DNA of 64,000 nt from an uncultured bacterium. Its GTDB lineage: Bacteria > Krumholzibacteriota > Krumholzibacteriia > LZORAL124-64-63. The notes under the pieces are model-generated. The model searched no databases, was not told the origin of the DNA, and saw nothing but the letters and a program-made list of their open reading frames with translations. The position numbers and the translations under genes are program-made. Where the stretch lies: the NCBI GenBank assembly GCA_963772145.1, contig CAVYVY010000025.1, positions 165,315 through 229,314 on the forward strand. Direction: 5' to 3'. Below are positions 18,372-30,105 of the stretch, in pieces. The first letter of the stretch is position 1. Each line of letters begins with the position of its first letter.

Positions 18372-19496
18372 ATGACCGGTCCCAGACCGCTGATCCGCGA
18401 CGTGCCGACGGACGAATTGGCCCCCTGCTCCAGCGACTCGGCCAGCCGGCGTACCGGGCGCGAGCAGCTGGCGCTCTGGCTGCACCGGGCGCACGCGCTC
18501 GACTGGGAAACCCTCAGCGACCTGCCGCGCGATCTGCGCGTCGGCTGGCCGACCTGTACGACCTGCAGGGGCTGTTCCCGGGCGAGCGACACGCGGCCGA
18601 GGACGGCACGCGGAAGTTCCTGTTCCGCCTGCGCGACGGCGCGACCGTCGAGAGCGTCATCATCCCGATGGAGAATCACCTCACCTTCTGCCTCTCCTCC
18701 CAGGTGGGGTGCGCCATGGCGTGTCGCTTCTGCGCGACGGCGCGCGGCGGGCTGGTTCGCAACCTCAGCTCGCCGAGATCCAGGAGCAGGTGATGCATCT
18801 GGCTCGCGATCTGGCCGCTCAACCGCCGCCCGGATTCGGCGCGCGCGGTTTCAACCTGGTTTTCATGGGCATGGGTGAGCCGCTCGACAACTGGGAACAG
18901 GTCTGCGGCCGCGCTGGACGTCTTCACCGCTCCCGACGGCTGGGGGCTCTCGCCCCGCCGGGTGACCATTTCCACCTCGGGCCACCGGGAAGGCCTGCTG
19001 CAGCTGCTGCGCCTGCCGCAGGCGGTGGGACTGACCCTGTCCGTCAACGCCGTCTCGCCCGACCTGCGGCGGCGGCTGATGCCGGTCTCCGCCCGCACGC
19101 CGCTGCCACAGCTGCTGGAACTGGCCGAGAAATACGCCCGTCGCATCCAGCGCAAGGTCACGCTCGGCTATGTGCTGATCGGGGGCGTGAACGACGATCT
19201 CTGCCGAGGCGCGCGCGCTCGCCGCACTCGCCGCCCGCCGCCCGTTCAAGATCAATCTGATACCGCTCAACCGGCTCGACGACGATCGGCTCTCGCCGCC
19301 CGGGGCCGATCAGGTGCTCGCCTTCCAGCGCGTGCTGCTGGAGGCGGGATTGCAGGCATACATCCGGGTGAGCGGCGGTCAGGAGATCGCGGCGGCGTGC
19401 GGGCAACTGCGGCAGCGCCGACAGTCGCCAACGCCGTCCGGCGCCGGGAGCGCCCCCGGAGAGGGATCTCCCGGCGAAGCGGGGCGACCTGACTAG
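18372..19496 (+). CDS. rlmN: 23S rRNA/tRNA m2A methyltransferase RlmN (radical SAM); split over three frames by apparent indels
   Basis: RlmN segments occur in order across ORFs 18111-18878, 18293-18793, 18709-19260, 18875-19492 and 19314-19496: [79 protein letters not shown]. Confidence 0.75.
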
Positions 19497-19891
19497 AGCA
19501 GGTCGGCCAGGTGCGTTTCGTCGAGCGCCTTGACGAGCGCCTTCTGGGCGTTGCGCCAGGCGTCGGACACCAGACAATCCTCGTGGCGCTCGCAGGGATC
19601 GACGCTGCGCAGGCAGTGGTTCAGCGCAATGCCCCCCTCGCACACTTCGACGATGCTGCGCAGGGTGATCTCGTCCGGTTTGCGGCCGAGCGAGAAGCCA
19701 CCCTTGACCCCGCGGTGGGACTTCACGATGTCCTGCTGCGAGAGCATCTGGAAGATCTTGGCCAGGAACGCCTCGGAAACGCCGCAGGTCTGGGCGATGA
19801 CCTTGAGCTGGATCGGCTTGTCGCTGTTGCGACGCGCCAGTTCCTGCAGGCCACGAATCGCGTATTCCGTCTGACGGGTGATCTGAAGCAT
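19493..19891 (-). CDS. Rrf2-family (IscR/NsrR-like) transcriptional regulator with Cys cluster
   Basis: 132 aa: MLQITRQTEYAIRGLQELA...GVKGGFSLGR wHTH. Cys residues at 84/93/100/106 (CEGG...C...C.....C) are consistent with Fe-S cluster ligation. Overlaps the rlmN 3' end by 4 nt (convergent). Confidence 0.75.
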   Translation of the reverse strand: MLQITRQTEYAIRGLQELARRNSDKPIQLKVIAQTCGVSEAFLAKIFQMLSQQDIVKSHRGVKGGFSLGRKPDEITLRSIVEVCEGGIALNHCLRSVDPCERHEDCLVSDAWRNAQKALVKALDETHLADLL

Positions 19892-20010
19892 GAGCCACCC
19901 TTTCTCCGCGACATCCACTCTCCCCCGGGCGACAAAATTGGGAAAGCGGAGCCGCAAAGTCAAATCAGGCCGCAACGGTCCGACAAAAAGGCAAGTCGGC
20001 GGCCAGGCTC

Positions 20011-23000
20011 TCACATGGCCCGGCGGTACTGCCCTCCGACCTGGTAGAGGGCGTGGGTGATCTGCCCCAGGGAACAGACCCGGACGGCGCGCATCAGTTC
20101 CGCGAATACGTTGCCGTCCGACAGGGCCACCTCGCTCAACCTCGCCAGCGCCGCGTCGGCCGCCGTCGCGTGGCGGGCCCGGAAAGCGGCGAGATCGGCC
20201 AGGCGCGCCTCCTTCTCGCCGGCTCCGCAGCGCGCGAGCACGAGCTGTTCGACGGTCTCGGCGGCCGGCCGCTCCCGGACGAACATATTCACGCCGACGA
20301 TCGGCAGTTCGCCGGCGTGCTTGCGGTGCTCGTAGAGCAGGCTCTCCTCCTGGATCCGTCCCCGCTGGTACTGGGTTTCCATCGCGCCGAGCACGCCACC
20401 GCGGGCGTCGAGGCATTCGAACTCCCGCAGCACCGCCTCCTCGACGAGATCGGTCAGCGCCTCGATGAAGGCGCCGCCCTGCAGGGGATTCTCGTTGCGC
20501 GCCCAACCGAGTTCCCGGCTGATGATCAACTGGATCGCCATCGCGCGGCGCACCGACTCCTCGCTCGGCGTGGTGATGGCTTCGTCGTAGGAGTTGGTGT
20601 GGAGCGAATTGCAGTTGTCGAAGATCGCCATCAACGCCTGCAGCGTGGTGCGGATGTCGTTGAAATCGACCTCCTGGGCGTGCAGCGAACGGCCGGAAGT
20701 CTGGATGTGGTACTTCAGTTTCTGGCTGCGCTCGCTCGCGCCGTAGAGGTCGCGCATGGCGATGGCCCAGATGCGCCGCGCCACGCGACCGATGACGGTG
20801 TACTCCGCGTCCAGCCCGTTGCTGAAGAAGAAGGAGAGGTTCGGCGCGAAGGCGTCGACCTCCATCCCCCGGGCGCGCCACGCCTCCACGTACGTGAAGC
20901 CGTTGGCGAGCGTGAAGGCGAGCTGGCTGATCGGGTTGGCGCCGGCCTCGGCGATGTGGTAGCCGCTGATGGAGACCGAGTAGTAGTTCCGGATGTCGTG
21001 CTCGAGGAAGTACGCCTGCACGTCCCCCATCAGACGCAGGGCGAATTCGGTGGAGAAGATGCAGGTGTTCTGCGCCTGATCCTCCTTCAGGATGTCGGCC
21101 TGGACCGTGCCGCGCACGCTGGCGAGGGTCCGGGCGGCGACCTCGGCGGACCTCGGCCCCGGTGAGCGGACGGCCCAGTTCCGCCTCCCGGCGGGCGATC
21201 TGCTGATCGATCGCCGTATTGAAGAACATGGCCAGGATCACCGGCGCCGGCCCGTTGATCGTCATGGAGACGCTGGTGTTGGGATGGCAGAGATCGAAAC
21301 CGGCGTAGAGGGTCTTCATGTCGTCGAGCGTGCAGATGGACACGCCCCCCTCGCCGATCTTGCCGTAGATGTCGGGCCGGCGGTCGGGATCCTCGCCGTA
21401 GAGCGTCAGGCTGTCGAAGGCCGTGCTGAGCCGCTTGGCCTCGTCATGACGGCTGAGATAGTGGAAGCGCGCGTTCGTGCGGGCCGGCGCGCCCTCGCCC
21501 GCGAACTGGCGCCGCGGATCCTCGTCGGCCCGCTTGAACGGGAAGACGCCGGCCGTGAACGGGAAGGCGCCCGGCACGTTTTCCCGCCGCAGGAAGAGCA
21601 GACGGTCGCCGGCATCGTGGAGGGCCGGCAGCGCCACCTTCGGCACGCGCGTACCCGCCAGGGTGACGGTGTGCGCGGCGGTCCGCACCTCCCGGTCGCG
21701 GACGTGGAACACCAATTCGTCGCGGGCGACGATGGCCGCCAATTCGTCCCAGCCCGGCCACCTCCGCCAGCACGGCCTCGCCGGCCGTCGGCCCGCGCCG
21801 CCTCGAGGTGGCGCCGCAGGGCGCCGGCGGCGGCGCGCGATCCGGGGTCGGCGGCAGCCTCCAACTCGCCGAGCGCCGCGGCCAGGTTCTGGCAGCGCCG
21901 CACCAGCGCGGCGTCGCGAACGGCCTGCGCGCGGTGCGCCCGCACGGCCCGCGTGATCTCGCCCAGGTAGCCGACCCGGTGACGCGGAATCAGGGTGCCG
22001 ACCTGCGCCGTTGCGCGAGGCTCCCCCGCGGGACCGGCGAGCCCTGCGTCGAGCGGCCGGCCGCCGCGAACACAAAGCAGCAGGCGTTCCAGGCAGGCGA
22101 AGAGCGCATTGACGCCCGTGTCGTTGAAGCGGCTGGCCACGGTGCCGAAGACCGGGAGCTGCGCGTCGGGCCGCGTGAATTCATTGCGGCTCCGCCGGTA
22201 CTGCCGGCGCACGTCGCGGAGGGCGTCCTCCGCACCGGGGCGCTCGAACTTGTTGACGACGATGACGTCGGCGAAGTCGATCATGTCGATCTTCTCGAGC
22301 TGGGTTGCGGCGCCGAATTCGCTGGTCATGACGTAGAGCGAAATGTCGCTGATCTCGGCGATGGCGGAATCGCCCTGGCCGATTCCGCTCGTCTCGACCA
22401 GGACCAGGTCGAATCCCCAGACGCGCGCCAGCGCGATCGCGGCGCTGACGGCGGCGCTCAACTCGCCACGGGCGCCGCGGGTGGCGAAACTGCGCAGGAA
22501 GCAGCGCGGGTCGTGGATCGCGTTCATGCGGATGCGGTCGCCCAGCAGCGCTCCGCCGGTGCGGCGCTTGCTCGGATCGACGGCGAACAGCGCCACCGCC
22601 TGGTCCGGGTGGGCCGCGAGATGGCGCCGGATCAATTCGTCCGTCAGCGAGCTCTTGCCCGCGCCGCCGGTCCCGGTGATGCCGACGACCGGTACCCGCC
22701 CCGCGCGGATCGCCACGTCCGCCGGCGGCGTGACCGCCTCCCCCGCCTCGGCCAGGGTGAGCGCGCGGGCGAACGCCGCGTCGTCCGCGGGATCCGTGCC
22801 GGCCGGCGATCGCCGGCAACCCCGCCGGCCGGCCGCTGCGCGCGGCGCGCGCGCGGTCGTGCATGTCGGCGATCATGCCCTCGAGACCGAGCGTCCGTCC
22901 GTCGTCGGGTGAATAGACCCGCGTGATGCCGGCGGCGTGCAGGGCCGCGATCTCGCCCGGCAGGATCACGCCGCCCCCGCCACCGAAAATCGCCACGTGG

Positions 23001-23281
23001 CGGAGCCCGCGCGCATCGAGTTCGTGGCGCAGGAAGGTGAAGTACTCCACGTGCCCGCCCTGGTAACTGCTGATCGCGACCGCGTCGGCGTCCTCCTGCA
23101 GGACCGCGCTCACGACCTCCGGGACCGAACGGTTGTGGCCCAGATGGATGACCTCGGCGCCCGATTGCTGCAACAGCCGCCGGATGATGTTGATCGAGGC
23201 ATCGTGGCCGTCGAAGAGCGCGGCGGCCGTGACGTAGCGCAGTCGCGCGCCGCTCGTAGTCGTCGTGGCGGTGCTGTCCAT
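20011..23281 (-). CDS. icmF: fused isobutyryl-CoA mutase IcmF (B12-binding domain + MeaB-like GTPase + mutase substrate domain); at least 3 apparent frameshifts
   Basis: N-terminal B12 domain ([15 protein letters not shown]) in ORF 22181-23725. P-loop GTPase ([18 protein letters not shown]) in ORF 21406-22716. Mutase TIM-barrel segments ([25 protein letters not shown]...[11 protein letters not shown]) in ORFs 19493-22075 and 20011-21117. Confidence 0.75.
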
Positions 23282-23388
23282 GGCATCTCTCCGGGTGACG
23301 CGGCCCGCCGGGGGGCCGGAAGCGAAACTCGACCATTCCTGTTTGATGATAGCCGCGCCGGCACCGCCGGGCAACGGCTGCCGGCGAC

Positions 23389-24564
23389 TCAGACCGGCGC
23401 GCGGCCGACGGCACGCAGCGCCTTGCGGGCCAGACCGGACAGGGGCGGCGGCGGCTCGTCCGGTGCCCACCAGACCGCGTCCGGCGGCCAGACGCCCGCG
23501 CCCCCTCCCCCCCGAGCTCGGCGCAGGCGACGAAGACCTCCAGGTTGAACGTCGTGATCGCGTGTCGGAAGACGCCGGCCCTCTGCCGGAAGTGCGCCGC
23601 GCGCACGCCCGCGCCGGCCAGCCAGGCCGACCAGCCGGCCGCCACGTCGCGTCCGAATCCCGCGTCGCCGGCGTCCGGTCGGGACACGGCGCACCACGGA
23701 GAGGAGGGCAGGCCCCACAGACCACGCGTGAGCGTCCGGAATTCGCCGCGGCGGACGACCGTTCCGGACGGCGGATCGATCTGCGGCGGCGCGCCCGGCG
23801 GGAGCAGCAACAACGCGCCCCCGCGCTGCACGACCAGGAGGTCGAGTCGCGCGCGGGAGCGCGGGCGGCGCGCCGGCGGGGCCGGCACGCGGTCCGCCAC
23901 GCCCGCGGCTCGCGCGCGGCACCAGGGCGACGCCGGGCAGGCGTCGCAGGCCGGGGCGACGGGGCGGCACAGCGCCGCGGCCAGGTCCATCAGCGCCTGG
24001 TTCCAGTCGCCGGGACGATCCCGGGCAACGAACGCCGCCGCCGCCTCTTCCAGTTGTCGTGGCGCCACGCGGGCCGCCGCGTCGGACGAATCGCACAGCC
24101 AGCGCAGGAGCACCCGGCGCGCGTTCGCGTCGACCGCGGGCACCCGTTCGCCGCCGGCGATGCTGGCGATCGCCCCGGCCGTGTAGCGACCGATGCCGGG
24201 CAGCGCCAGCCAGGCCGGGAAACTGTCGGGAAAGCCGTCCGCCGTCGCGCGCCACGATGGTGCGGGCCGCCGCGTGCAGATCGCGCGCCCGCCGGTAGTA
24301 GCCCAGACCGGCCCACGACGCGAGCACCTCCGGCTCGGACGCGGCCGCGAGCGCGGTCACGTCGGGAAACCGGGCGAGAAAACGCTCCCAGTACGGCGCC
24401 GCCACGGCGACCGTGGTCTGCTGCAGCATTATCTCGGCGATCCAGGTGCCGTAGATCGACCGGCGTTCCCGCCACGGCAGGACGCGCCCGTGCTCGTCAT
24501 ACCAGGCCAGCAGTCGGCGGCGCAGGGCCGCCGCCGACCGGGGCGCGAGGGGACCGCGCACCAT
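23389..24564 (-). CDS. mutY: A/G-specific adenine DNA glycosylase MutY; apparent frameshift(s), 3' end uncertain
   Basis: HhH-GPD N-terminus ([15 protein letters not shown]...[15 protein letters not shown]) in ORF 23389-24564. The 4Fe-4S Cys motif ([10 protein letters not shown]) and NUDIX-like C-terminal segment (GLWGLPSS...[15 protein letters not shown]) are in ORF 22644-24143 in another frame. Confidence 0.65.
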   Translation of the reverse strand: MVRGPLAPRSAAALRRRLLAWYDEHGRVLPWRERRSIYGTWIAEIMLQQTTVAVAAPYWERFLARFPDVTALAAASEPEVLASWAGLGYYRRARDLHAAARTIVARDGGRLSRQFPGLAGAARHRSLHGRGDRQHRRRRTGARGRRERAPGAPALAVRFVRRGGPRGATTTGRGGGGVRCPGSSRRLEPGADGPGRGAVPPRRPGLRRLPGVALVPRASRGRGGPRAGPAGAPPALPRATRPPGRAARGRVVAAPAGRAAADRSAVRNGRPPRRIPDAHAWSVGPALLSVVRRVPTGRRRRGIRTRRGGRLVGLAGRRGRARGALPAEGRRLPTRDHDVQPGGLRRLRRARGGGGAGVWPPDAVWWAPDEPPPPLSGLARKALRAVGRAPV

Positions 24565-25349
24565 CAGCGCGAAATGTCGCGGGGCGGCTCCTTGGCCAGC
24601 CGCTGCGCCTTCGGCAGGAGCTTGGCGGCCTGCGCCTTGTAGTCACCGTCGTTGGGTTCGCGCGCCGGCAGGTCGAGGACGGACTGGAACAGCGGAATCG
24701 CTTCCTGTGCGCGATCCATCTCCAGATAAGTCACGCCCAGTTCGAGGCGATGGCTCAGCCGCGCCGGATCGATCGCCATGGCACGCTGGAAAAGCTCGAC
24801 CGCCTGCGCGTTGCTCGCCCCCTCGGGCACGCCGCCATAGACCACCTTCGCGGCCAGCTTCAGGAACGGACTGAGATTGGCGATCTCCCGGTTCCACCGG
24901 CCAAGGATGTGCAGCGAGCGATCGTTGCGGGGGTCGAGCTCGACGGCGCGGTTCGCCTCGTCGCGAACCTCCTTCGACAGTTGGATCTTCCGCTTGCCGC
25001 CGGCGCTCAGCGCCAGCTTGCCCAGCGACGCCGCGAGATAGTGGTGCCCCCAGGTGCCGGCGGGCTGCAGTTCGGTCGCCCGCCGCGCCTGTTTCTCCGC
25101 CTCGGCATAGAGCGCTTCGCGCGCCGGCCTGGCCGTTTCCCGGTTGCCCAGGTCGATGAGCACGCGCGCCAGCATCCAGTGCGCGGCGGCGTCGGCGGGC
25201 GCGGCGGCCAGCGCCGCTTCGGCGGCGCCGCGCGAAGCCGCCAGATCGCCGGCGAGATAGGCGGTTTCGCAGTCCTCCAACGGCCCGGCCAGGACCGGCG
25301 CGAAAGCGCCGCAGGCGATGACCAGACAGACGCACGCGGCCAACCGCAT
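24564..25349 (-). CDS. secreted TPR-like repeat protein
   Basis: 261 aa with signal peptide MRLAACVCLVIACGAFAPVLAGP and helical-repeat composition. Its stop overlaps the mutY start region. Confidence 0.5.
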   Translation of the reverse strand: MRLAACVCLVIACGAFAPVLAGPLEDCETAYLAGDLAASRGAAEAALAAAPADAAAHWMLARVLIDLGNRETARPAREALYAEAEKQARRATELQPAGTWGHHYLAASLGKLALSAGGKRKIQLSKEVRDEANRAVELDPRNDRSLHILGRWNREIANLSPFLKLAAKVVYGGVPEGASNAQAVELFQRAMAIDPARLSHRLELGVTYLEMDRAQEAIPLFQSVLDLPAREPNDGDYKAQAAKLLPKAQRLAKEPPRDISR

Positions 25350-25531
25350 GACAGCAAACGACGATCCGGACGCGGGACGGCGACATGGACAGACCTCCTC
25401 GTACAGGACGGACCAGACACGGCGTTGACAGACCTTTCCACGGCGTGCTAGCCATTGTCAACTTCCTCTGTCCGCGATGAAATCCCGTACCGCCGCCTTC
25501 GCCCCTGAAACTCCGGCCCGGGAGGCCCGCC

Positions 25532-27332
25532 ATGGCCCCGCAGACGATCCCCGAACTCTGGGCCACCGCCGTGCGGGAGCGCCCCCGCCCGGACTGCTTC
25601 GCGAGCAAGGATCGCCAGGGCCGCTATGCGCCCCTCTCCTCGGCCGACGCCTGGGAACAGGTGCAGGCGCTGAGGCTCGCGCTGGCGGAGGCGGGCATCG
25701 TCCCGGGCGCCCGGGCGGCGATCCTCTCCGAGAACCGCGTGGAGTGGGCGCTCGCCGACCTCGCCGTGCTCGGCAACGGCGGCGCCGACGTGCCGATCTA
25801 TCCGACGCTGCTGCCCGAGACGATCGCCTTCATCCTCAAGGATTGCCGACCGACGGTCCTCTTCCTCTCCACCCCCGCGCAGGCGGAGAAGATCGCGGCC
25901 ATCCGCGACGAGCTGCCTTTCATCGAGCACATCTACTGTTTCGAGCCGGCGCCGCTGCGCGGCTCGGTCACCTTCGCGGAACTTCTCGAGCGGGGCCGTC
26001 GCCTGCGGCAGGAGCGGGGCGCCGATCCGGAACCGGCGGCCGTCGCGCCGCAGGATCTCGCGAGCATCATCTACACGTCGGGCACGACGGGCCAGCCGAA
26101 GGGGGTCATGCTCTCGCACGGCAACTTCGTGTCGAACGTGCTGGCGGCCGCCGGCCTGCGTGCCCCTGTACACGACGGACCGCTGCCTCTCCTTCCTGCC
26201 GCTCTCGCACGTGCTGGAGCGGATGGCCGGCTACTACCTCATGCTGCACGCCGGCATCGGGATCGCGTACGCGGAGGCCGTGGACACGGTCCCGCAGGAC
26301 ATGCTGGCGGTGCGGCCGACGATCGTGGTGAGCGTGCCGCGCCTCTACGAGAAGATCTACGCGCGCATCCTCGGCACCGCCCTCGCGCGGCCCGAAACTG
26401 CGCAAGCACATCTTCTTCTGGGCCAAGCGGCAGGGCGAGCGTTACGGGCGGCACAAGCGCGAGAACCGGCCGATCCACTGGTGGGCCCGCATTCAAGTTC
26501 CACGTCGCCGACCGGATCGTTTTCAGCAAGCTGCGGGAGCGCACCGGCGGGCGCCTGCGCTTCTTCGTCTCCGGCGGCGCGCCGCTGGCGCTGGAAATCA
26601 ACGAGTTCTTCTACGCGGCCGGCATGGTCATTCTCGAAGGCTACGGCCTGACCGAAAGCTCGCCGGTGCTGTCGGTGAACACGTTCGACCACCTGCGCCT
26701 GGGCAGCGTCGGCCCGCCGCTGCCCGGCACCGAGATCCGGATCGCCGAGGACGGCGAGATCCTGGCGCGCGGACCGCAGATCATGATGGGCTACTACAAC
26801 CGTCCCGACGCCACGCGGGAGGTGCTCGACGCGGACGGCTGGCTGCACACGGGCGACATCGGCCACATCGACGCGGACGGCTTCGTCTACATCACCGACC
26901 GCAAGAAGGACCTGATCGTCACCGCCGGGCGGCAAGAACATCGCCCCCCAGCCGATCGAGAGCGAATTCAAGCACAACCGCTACATCAGCCAGATCGTGG
27001 TGATCGGCGATCGCCGCCCCTATCTCGCCTGCCTGCTGGTGCCCAACTTCGAGAACCTGGTGAAGTACGCCAACCGCCGCAAGATCGGGTTCACCGACGT
27101 GTCCGGACTCGCGAAGCACCCCGACATCATCGCCATGTACGAACGCCAGCTCGAGCGCGTGAACCGGACCCTGCCGCCGTTCAGCCAGGTCCGGCGGTGC
27201 GCCGTGCTCGAACACGACTTCACGCTCGAATCGGGCGAACTGACGCCGACGATGAAGGTCAAGCGACGGGTCGTGCAGAAGAAGTACAGCGAGGTGATCG
27301 ACGCGCTTTACGGCGGCCCGGAGGGGCAGTAG
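25532..27332 (+). CDS. fadD: long-chain fatty-acid--CoA ligase (AMP-dependent synthetase/ligase); at least 3 apparent frameshifts
   Basis: AMP-binding motif IIYTSGTTGQPKGVMLSH, followed in other frames by GYGLTESSPV, TGDIGHIDADGFVYITDRKKDLI and a C-terminal domain (ORFs 25532-27865, 26160-26651, 26997-27332). Confidence 0.7.
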
Positions 27333-27355
27333 GGCGCCGGCCGCACGACGCCGGC

Positions 27356-28655
27356 CTAGCGGCGCGCGGCCAGGGCGACCAGGAACGTGACGGTCGCCGC
27401 GCCGCGCCGCACCTCCACCGTCACCGTGTCGCCGGGCGCGTGCGCGTACAGTTCGCGCGTGTACGTCTGCAGATCCGCGACCGGGCGACCCGCGAACGCC
27501 ACGAGCACATCGCCGCGGACCAGACCGGCCGCCGCCGCGGGACTGCCCGGCATCACCCCCGCCAGTCTGACGCCGCCGGCCCCCTCCACGAAATCCGGGA
27601 TGACACCGAGCCAGGCGCGACGCGTCTCGCCACCTCGCGCCGTCGCGCGAGTCCGGGGCGCGTCGCGCGGGCGGCGGCTCGCCGACCGCCGTGTAGACCA
27701 GCGGCCCGCGGCCAGCGTGCGCAGCCCGCCGGCGAGGTCGCGCGCGAACTCCGCGACGGCGACGAGGCCGGCCGGCTCGACGAGCGGCCAGTCGTCGGCC
27801 GGGGTGTGGTACTGCTCGTGCGGCCCGGTGAGCAGGAAGAGCACCGGCACGCCGATGCGCGTTGAAGGAGACGTGGTCGCTGGCCTCCCACCCGCCCCGG
27901 CTGATCTCCAGGTGCAGACCGTGCGCGGCGTTGGCCGCCGCGACGAGTCCGGGCAGCGCCGCGGCGGTGCCGACGCCGGCCACATAGAGCCGGTCGTCGC
28001 GCAGACGCCCCACCGAATCGAGGTTGAGCATCGCGTCGAGCGAATCGCGCGGGGCCGGCAGGTCGCGCACGAAACAGGCCGAGCCCTGCAGGCCGTCCTC
28101 CTCCCCCGCGAAGGCGACGAAGACGACCGCGCGCGCGTCGGGACCGCCGCCGTCCGCCGTGTCGCCCGCGGCGAGCAGCCGCGCCACCTCGACCAGCACG
28201 GCCACCCCCGACGCGTTGTCGTCGGCGCCGGGGTGGTAGCGTCCGGCGACGCCTTCGCCCCGGACCGGCCCGAGGTGGTCATAGTGCGCGCCGATGACGA
28301 GCCAGCGGGAGGCGAGCGCCCCCCGGCCCGGGAGGCGGCCGATCACGTTGCGGGCCGGCCGCCCGGCCAGATCGCCCCCCTGCAGCGTGAAGTCCTGGAA
28401 CCAGCCGGACGAGCCGCCCGGCGCGAGACCGGCGTCGGCGAACCAGCGGGCGACGCTGTCGGCCGCGGCCAGCGCCTCCGGCGTGCCGTTGCCCCGGCCC
28501 GCCAGGGCGGGCGCGGCGAGCGCGCGCACCCGCGCCAGCATCGCTTCGCCGTCGGCGCCCGGCGCGGCGACCGCCGGGACCGCCCCCGACGGGATCGCCC
28601 AGAGCGCGGCCAGGGCCACCGGCAGCAGGCGGATCAGGATGGCTCGCGGTCCCAC
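27356..28655 (-). CDS. M28-family peptidase with C-terminal PDZ domain; apparent frameshift near 27860
   Basis: M28 motifs HYDHLG, GADDNASG, FAGEEDGLQGS and SDHVSF in ORF 26919-29117. PDZ-like C-terminus (GVMPGSPAAAAGLVRGDVLVAFAGRPV) in ORF 27356-28282. GTG start at 28655 with GGGAGGGA RBS and signal-like N-terminus. Confidence 0.6.
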
Positions 28656-28726
28656 GGCGTCCCTCCCGGACAGGGCCTGCGCGGGCACGCGTTGACCGCG
28701 CCGCGCGGCTCTGAGAATATGGGCGG

Positions 28727-30105
28727 ATGGCCCCCCCCGCAATCCCGACCGTCCCTCTGCCGCGCCCGCTGCCGGCCGCCGCCGCTCCGGCGGTGGGCGT
28801 GGTGCGCCGCCTGGCCGCCGCGGGCCATCAGGCCTACCTGGTCGGGGGCGCCGTGCGGGACCTGATGCTCGACCGCGAGCCGGGCGACTTCGACGTCGCC
28901 ACCAGCGCGTCGCCGGAGCAGATCCTCGCCCTGTTCCCGCTGGCGCGGCAGGCGGGCGCCGCCTTCCCCGTGGTGCTGGTGCATCGAGCAGGGGAGTCGT
29001 CGTGGAGACGGCGACCTTCCGCGTCGAGGGACCGTACAGCGACGCGCGCCACCCCGACTCCGTCGACCTGACCACCTCGCTCCCGGCCGACGCGCGCCGG
29101 CGCGACTTCACGGTCAACGCGCTCTACCTCGATCCGCTCGCGGAGGTGATCGTCGATCCGGTGGGGGGCGCGGCCGACTGCGCCCGCCGCGTGCTGCGCT
29201 GCGTCGGCGAACCGGGTCCAGCGGTTTCGCGAGGATGCGCTGCGGCTGCTGCGCGCGCCCCGCCTGGCGGCGCAGTGCGGACTGACGATCGACGAACGAC
29301 ACGCGCGCGGCGCTCGCCGCGAGCCGCGAGGGGATCCGCCGGTCGCCGCCGAGCGGGTGGGCCAGGAGCTCGCGCGGATCCTGACCGGGCCGGGCCCGGC
29401 CGACGCCCTCGAGGAACTGGCCGGCAGCGGGCTGCTGGCGATCGTCCTGCCGGAGGTCGACGCCATGCGCGGCGTCCCGCAGCCGCCCCAGTTCCACCCG
29501 GAGGGGGATGTCTGGACCCACACCGTGCTGATGTTCCGGCATTCGCCGGCACGCTCGCTGCCGCTCGGGTCTGGCGATCCTGCTGCACGACGTGGCGAAG
29601 CCGGTCACGCTCACGCGCACGGACCGCATCCGCTTCCACGGACACGCCGCCCGGGGCGCCGAGATGACCGCTGGCGATCGGGCGCCGCCTGCGCTACGCC
29701 GCCGCGGACGTGGCGCGCGCGGCCGATCTCGTGGCCCAGCACCTGCGCTTCATCGAGGTGCGGCACATGCGACCGTCCACGCTCAAGCGCTTCCTGCGGC
29801 AGCCCGGCTTCGCCGACCATCTCGAACTGCACCGGCTCGACTGCCTCGGCAGCCACCGCGATCTCGGCCAGTGGGAGTTCTGCCGGGAGACGCTGGCGGG
29901 GCTCTCGCACGAGGAACTGGCGCCGCCGCCGCTGCTGCGCGGCGCCGACCTGCTGGCGCTCGGCTATCCGCCGGGGCCGCTGCTGGGCCGCATCCTGCGG
30001 GAACTGGAGACCGCGCAGCTCGACGGCGAACTGCCGACGCGGGACGTCGCGGAGGTCTGGGTGCGGCGACGCTTTCCCCACCGCGGCGATCCGTCGGTCC
30101 GCTAG
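28727..30105 (+). CDS. cca: CCA-adding tRNA nucleotidyltransferase / poly(A) polymerase-family protein with HD domain; at least 3 apparent frameshifts
   Basis: Head domain GGAVRDLMLDREPGDFDVAT and RDFTVNALY, then an HD-domain segment (FHPEGDVWTHT) and C-terminal region in successive frames (ORFs 28727-29071, 29002-29667, 29357-30142, 29710-30105). Confidence 0.7.

Noticed and set aside
8990-25451. Other long antisense or off-frame ORFs in the track (8990-10993, 14042-15478, 16403-18247, 21808-22926, 22644-24143 N-terminal part, 23265-25451, 44840-47530 and many 60-150 aa ORFs)
   Set aside because: Same compositional signature (low complexity, R/A/G/P-rich), no recognisable domains, and each overlaps a gene with clear homology on the other strand or frame.
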